A stretch of DNA of 47,610 bases from a virus (taxonomy: Duplodnaviria; Caudoviricetes): the IMG/VR virus record IMGVR_UViG_3300037756_000028, positions 1 through 47,610 of that record; one strand, given 5' to 3'. Below are positions 43,933 through 47,610 of this stretch, piece by piece; the stretch's first letter is position 1; every line of letters starts with the position of its first letter. The position numbers and the translations under genes are program-made. Under the pieces are notes generated by a model, which was given only the letters and a program-made list of their open reading frames with translations, was not told the DNA's origin and did no database searches.

Positions 43933-44248
43933 TGACTAGCTCCTTCGGCTTGGCGGCAAGGGGCGGCTTGCGGTACTTCTTGGTTCGGATGGCGAGGTAC
44001 TGGTAGACATCTTGGCTCACCTTCTTCTGCGCCAGCACCACATAGCCCGCCTCGTAGGCGGCCACAGCGGCCAGCGCTATCTGTTCGAGCGGAATGACCC
44101 GAATGGTCGCGTAACCACCTGTGGCGGCCAGCGTGACCCGGAATGCCCGATCGTGCAGAAGGTGGCCGGTGTGGTAGACAAACCGGTCCCCTTTGTGCGA
44201 CGAGGCGATCCAACTGTCGAGGTCGGCCGGTGTGGGATAGAGGTTCAT
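43925..44248 (-). CDS. conserved-looking hypothetical protein, 107 aa
   Basis: First gene of the minus block. The W...GDRFVYHTG.L..DR...LAQKK...YQYLA pattern is recalled from alphaproteobacterial phages, not verified. Confidence 0.7.
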   Translation of the reverse strand: MNLYPTPADLDSWIASSHKGDRFVYHTGHLLHDRAFRVTLAATGGYATIRVIPLEQIALAAVAAYEAGYVVLAQKKVSQDVYQYLAIRTKKYRKPPLAAKPKELVNA

Positions 44249-44291
44249 GCTGGCAGTTCCATGTTTAGTACTCCTATGCTATAGTGGCCCG
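44249..44291. promoter_or_regulatory. divergence point of the two gene blocks, with an extended -10 on the plus strand
   Basis: TGCTATAGT 44277-44285, 6 nt before ATG 44292. Confidence 0.5.
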
Positions 44292-44459
44292 ATGAACCAG
44301 ACCTTGAAACAGTTTCGTGAGGCCGTGCAACTCGCTTTACGCACCGGGGACCTCAGCGGGGTTGCTACCCCTCAGACCACACGTAGGCTAGACCAGAGCC
44401 CGGGGTGGACAAGCGCACGACCGAGTGCTGAAGGTAAGAAAAAGCCCACCAAAAAGTAA
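44292..44459 (+). CDS. 55-aa basic protein, possibly leaderless
   Basis: No RBS; the ATG sits at the predicted +1. Confidence 0.45.
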   Translation: MNQTLKQFREAVQLALRTGDLSGVATPQTTRRLDQSPGWTSARPSAEGKKKPTKK

Positions 44460-44533
44460 TGCGGCATTTGGTCGCATTGTGCGTTCGCTAGCCCACCATC
44501 ATCTTCCGGGCTCCAAACACGGGAGTTCGCAAA

Positions 44534-44965
44534 ATGGCCTTCGAAACCTACTGGATGCATGTGTTCTCGCCTATTAACCGAAAGCTCAAGAACGGCATAC
44601 ACCTGATCGAGGCCGAACATTGGCGTAAGGGCTGGTGGCGTGTTCGCGTCCCCGGTGCCACCCGCTCGACATTCGTTAGCCCTCGCGTTTGGTCCAGCAA
44701 TCCCTGCATCCCCTATACTGGCCAGCCATTCGGGGTGGCCATGGCGGAATTGCATTTAAACGAGAAGGTACTGAAACATGGAAAACAATCCTTGGAGAGA
44801 CCCGAAGGGCCGATATGTCAGCTTGGCCCAGCGGAAGTTGGAGAAGGCCCGGCTGAAACTGCTGGAGGCCAGACAGATGGCTCCCGTGGTGTACGGCGAC
44901 AAGGGGCCGTTCGCAAGCCTCGGCGTGCAGCGCCACGAAAGACTTATCCGAAGCGCCGAACTTGA
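44534..44965 (+). CDS. hypothetical protein
   Basis: GGGAG RBS; its 3' part overlaps the next ORF. Confidence 0.55.
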   Translation: MAFETYWMHVFSPINRKLKNGIHLIEAEHWRKGWWRVRVPGATRSTFVSPRVWSSNPCIPYTGQPFGVAMAELHLNEKVLKHGKQSLERPEGPICQLGPAEVGEGPAETAGGQTDGSRGVRRQGAVRKPRRAAPRKTYPKRRT

Positions 44966-45002
44966 CGTGGGGCTGTGGGAAGGGAGGGCAACCGATGTTT
45001 AA
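44778..45002 (+). CDS. hypothetical protein, 74 aa (RDPKGRY motif)
   Basis: AAGG RBS; its stop overlaps the next start. Confidence 0.55.
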   Translation: MENNPWRDPKGRYVSLAQRKLEKARLKLLEARQMAPVVYGDKGPFASLGVQRHERLIRSAELDVGLWEGRATDV

Positions 45003-45183
45003 CGCTATCCTGATCACCCTCTTCATGACCATCCCGGACGGCGAAATACAGCACGTGGAGCGGAAGCCCATGGCCAGCATGGAAGAGTGCTTGGCTCTGC
45101 TGCGGCAGCGCGACTTCGTGCCGGTGTTCCCGCCCCACGGCGTGGAGTTCGACATCGCACGGTCCTACTGCGACGAACTGTAA
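44995..45183 (+). CDS. 62-aa protein with a hydrophobic N-terminus and two Cys
   Basis: GGGAGG RBS. Confidence 0.6.
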   Translation: MFNAILITLFMTIPDGEIQHVERKPMASMEECLALLRQRDFVPVFPPHGVEFDIARSYCDEL

Positions 45184-45299
45184 TGCAGTACCCGCACGAC
45201 CCCGATGGGCCCATTGGCCCTGAGTACCCAGACGGTTTTGAGTTCTGGTATGGAATGATAATCATAACCGTGGTAGTCCTTGGCTACCTATTTCTTTGA
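45183..45299 (+). CDS. 38-aa protein with a C-terminal TM helix
   Basis: TAATG coupling. Confidence 0.5.
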   Translation: MQYPHDPDGPIGPEYPDGFEFWYGMIIITVVVLGYLFL

Positions 45300-45312
45300 C
45301 GGAGAAACTAGA

Positions 45313-45495
45313 ATGACTATTCACACTATGCTTTCCGAGTGGGCTAACATATCATCAGTGCGAAAGATCGCAGCATTAAAAACGTTAGTAAATCAGCTAC
45401 AACCGGAAGACGATGAGTTAATGAACCAATTGTTTGAGTTACTCGCCGACTTCGAAGATGACGATTACTTTGGATCTGAAGGAGCAAACCTATGA
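45313..45495 (+). CDS. 60-aa acidic protein
   Basis: GGAG RBS; ends EDDDYFGSEG. Confidence 0.65.
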   Translation: MTIHTMLSEWANISSVRKIAALKTLVNQLQPEDDELMNQLFELLADFEDDDYFGSEGANL

Positions 45496-45800
45496 GAGAA
45501 GTAAAGACCCCAGTTCACATGTTCCGGGACGATCTGGAGCAACTGTTGCGCGAGGCCAAGTGGTCCTACGGGTTGAAGGAACTGTCTGAGGGCGAACAGG
45601 CCTCATGGCCCCGGTTCTATGCGGACTTCATCGTCCGCAGGCTGGACGTGCTCGGCTGGTCGCTGGATGACGTGCTGGTGAAGCCGGAGGAACCGGACAC
45701 GCTAACGGACCTTACTGGCCCCATGGGCCGCACCGAACAGGATGCCAACAAAGCCCGCTCGATGGGCTTCTGGGGCACCACTAGCCAAAAGGAGGACTAA
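45492..45800 (+). CDS. hypothetical protein, 102 aa
   Basis: AAGGAG RBS; ATGA overlap. Confidence 0.7.
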   Translation: MREVKTPVHMFRDDLEQLLREAKWSYGLKELSEGEQASWPRFYADFIVRRLDVLGWSLDDVLVKPEEPDTLTDLTGPMGRTEQDANKARSMGFWGTTSQKED

Positions 45801-46010
45801 ATGTCGCACTCAAAGCGTGACCCGAAATCCCCATATGCTCGCTACAACAAGCGCCCGTACCGCTACTCGGACGCTTTCGAGCATTGGAGTGCTGCGGCTA
45901 AAAGCCCGAACAGCGACGATGAAGAGCGAGCTAACCTAGCCCGCAAGCACTCCATCCTATTCCTTGGGTTCGACCCCAAGGCTTACCCCAACGGGCGCTA
46001 CCCCGTTTAA
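45801..46010 (+). CDS. hypothetical protein, 69 aa
   Basis: AGGAGG RBS; the stop codon lies inside a GTTTAAAC box. Confidence 0.7.
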   Translation: MSHSKRDPKSPYARYNKRPYRYSDAFEHWSAAAKSPNSDDEERANLARKHSILFLGFDPKAYPNGRYPV

Positions 46011-46027
46011 ACAAGGAAACTACGACC

Positions 46028-46348
46028 ATGAAGACGACTATCCTCGCACTTTCCGCCCTCGCCCTCATGGGTGGGGCGGCACAATCCGCTGAACTGCTCT
46101 GCGACCGCGAAGCGGTGTTCCAGACCTGCAACTACGCGGCCAACAACGAGCGCTCCAACCGCGCTGAGCGCACTCGCTCCAACGGTGGTGAGCAGGGCGG
46201 CAACGGGCAGGGCAACAACGGCCACGGCAACGGCGATCAGGACGCGCCGGGCAACTCTGGCGGCCACAACAACGCTGAGAATTCCGGCCATTCCGGGCAG
46301 GGCAACTCGGCAGGCGGTCAGGGCAAGGGTGGCGGTTCAAACCGCTAA
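46028..46348 (+). CDS. secreted Gly/Asn-rich protein
   Basis: Signal peptide ending AQSA, a Cys pair, GNNGHGNGDQDAPGNS..NNAEN. Confidence 0.75.
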   Translation: MKTTILALSALALMGGAAQSAELLCDREAVFQTCNYAANNERSNRAERTRSNGGEQGGNGQGNNGHGNGDQDAPGNSGGHNNAENSGHSGQGNSAGGQGKGGGSNR

Positions 46349-46379
46349 TAGCCTACCAAACGCAACAGGAGACTACAAG

Positions 46380-46781
46380 ATGTGTAAGGAAGTAGACGAG
46401 ACCAGCGAACTGGGCACCAATTGGGGCCCGTCTAGCCCAGTGCCGCAGGAACATCCCGAAGTCGCGGCCATCAAGGCCGCTTCAACGTCTGGGACAAACT
46501 TTGTCAAGGCACGTGGCGAGCAGCCCGATGTCGAGGTAGAGCGGGCTCTGGCGGACGAAGCCATCAGGCTCATCAACAACACGGTCGGCGATTCCGTCAA
46601 GCACCGGTATGTGCTGGTGGTGCTGAACATGAGCGACGTGGACCCGGACACCACGGCGGCGACCATTGAGAGCTATTCCCTCGTGGCCACCAGCGACGTG
46701 CAAAGCCTGATTTCGGTCGCGCAGAACGAAGCCTACAAGCTGGCCCTTTCGGGTGCTGACTTGAGCGTGCTGGAAATCTAG
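46380..46781 (+). CDS. hypothetical protein, 133 aa (MCKEVDE...)
   Basis: AGGAG RBS before ATG 46380. Confidence 0.7.
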   Translation: MCKEVDETSELGTNWGPSSPVPQEHPEVAAIKAASTSGTNFVKARGEQPDVEVERALADEAIRLINNTVGDSVKHRYVLVVLNMSDVDPDTTAATIESYSLVATSDVQSLISVAQNEAYKLALSGADLSVLEI

Positions 46782-46785
46782 TCCT

Positions 46786-47610
46786 ATGGGCCAGATATAC
46801 GATCTGGCCATTGTCGGTGGGGGGCCCGCTGGGCTCTCCGCTGCCATCAATGGCGCAAGTGAGGGGCTGAAGGTGCTCCTGATAGATGCAGAGGCTACGC
46901 TAGGCGGGCAGGCGCGGGAGAGCGCTGCCATTGAGAATTACCCGGGGTTTCCGGACGGCATCACGGGTGACCATTTGATGACCGCGCTAACCCGACAGGC
47001 TGAGAAATTCGACGCGGGGCTCTGGCTCCCTGCCAAGGTGCAGCGGATCGAGCCGTTCGCTAACGCTAGTGCGTTTAAACTCACAGACGAGTTTGGGCAG
47101 GATATCGGAGCCCGCACGGTGCTCCTGAGCCTCGGCCTGAGCTATCGGCGGTTGGAAGCCGCGAACCTCGGCGGCTTTCTAGGCAACGGGGCCTATTACG
47201 GCATGCCCTCAGGCCGGACCCCTACGCACAAGTGCGACGTGGTGGTGGTCGGTGGGGCCAATAGCAGTGGGCAGGCTGTTTTGCATCTGGCTAAAAACAC
47301 CAATGCGCGTGTCAGGCTCTTGAGCCGCAGCCCGCTCGAAAAGGCCATGAGCACGTACCTAATCGACCGCATTCGATCCTGCCCTAACATCGAGGTGCTG
47401 GAGGATTGCGTGGTGGTCGGGTGTGAGGGGCAGCGCTCGGGGCGATTGCGGGAGATTGACGTGCTATGGCACGGCGAGGCGCAACAGATACCGGCTGATT
47501 ACCTGTTCATGTTCATCGGGGCAGTGCCCAGAACGTTCTGGTTGAACAGCACTGTGCAGCTAGACAAGGGGTTTATCCCTACGTGGACAGACTGCGGCGC
47601 TGAACTGCCC
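46786..47610 (+). CDS. thioredoxin-reductase-like FAD/NAD(P)H oxidoreductase, 5' part (continues at 1-262; 319 aa in total)
   Basis: Translated by hand, since the ORF track misses it: MGQIYDLAIVGGGPAGLSAA (FAD GxGxxG), GGQ..IENYPGFP, VVVVGGANSSGQA (NAD(P)H site). In frame with the 26..262 ORF. Confidence 0.92.
   Translation, partial: MGQIYDLAIVGGGPAGLSAAINGASEGLKVLLIDAEATLGGQARESAAIENYPGFPDGITGDHLMTALTRQAEKFDAGLWLPAKVQRIEPFANASAFKLTDEFGQDIGARTVLLSLGLSYRRLEAANLGGFLGNGAYYGMPSGRTPTHKCDVVVVGGANSSGQAVLHLAKNTNARVRLLSRSPLEKAMSTYLIDRIRSCPNIEVLEDCVVVGCEGQRSGRLREIDVLWHGEAQQIPADYLFMFIGAVPRTFWLNSTVQLDKGFIPTWTDCGAELP
47484..47610. repeat. second copy of the 127-bp terminal overlap
   Basis: Identical to 1-127. 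Confidence 0.95.

Larger units (their letters stand above)
171..47080. repeat. dispersed palindrome GTTTAAAC, at least 18 copies
   Basis: Starts at 171, 603, 1355, 2332, 3694, 5184, 5653, 10399, 16907, 19942, 30087, 32335, 35635, 37414, 38162, 42967, 46005, 47073. Confidence 0.95.

Noticed and set aside
1-47610. Lysogeny module, RNA polymerase or tRNA genes
   Set aside because: No integrase, repressor, RNA polymerase motifs or cloverleaf sequences were recognised by eye; tRNAscan and HMM searches would be needed to confirm.

Overview
This window is a complete, circularly assembled genome of a podovirus-like tailed phage. It has 47,483 unique bp: bases 1-127 repeat exactly at 47484-47610, an assembler overlap. 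No integrase, repressor, RNA polymerase, tRNA or CRISPR array is recognisable, so it is probably lytic. Apparent GANTC depletion points to an alphaproteobacterial host (inference). Two gene blocks diverge at about 44270 and converge at a terminator at about 32650. The plus strand carries small early genes (including a CxxC-less thioredoxin-reductase-like flavoprotein across the contig junction), a RepA-type helicase, TerS, a lytic transglycosylase, TerL, two enzyme-bearing accessory proteins, portal, scaffold, capsid, tail and ejection genes, a holin and an M15 endolysin. The minus strand carries a PD-(D/E)XK nuclease, a Sak4-like ATPase, an SSB-like protein, a family A DNA polymerase split in two by an HNH gene, nucleotide-metabolism genes, a second holin and spanins. 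The most unusual signals are four. (1) The palindrome GTTTAAAC occurs at least 18 times, in promoters and inside genes, where under one copy is expected. (2) Two GAGTGCCA/TGGCAC repeat arrays cover two promoters. (3) The split polymerase has a UDG-like domain, His at position 762 and a Cys/His thumb insertion. (4) Two unrelated proteins between terL and portal share the N-terminal tag NRRRRGxLL. All calls come from reading motifs by eye; no database search was run.
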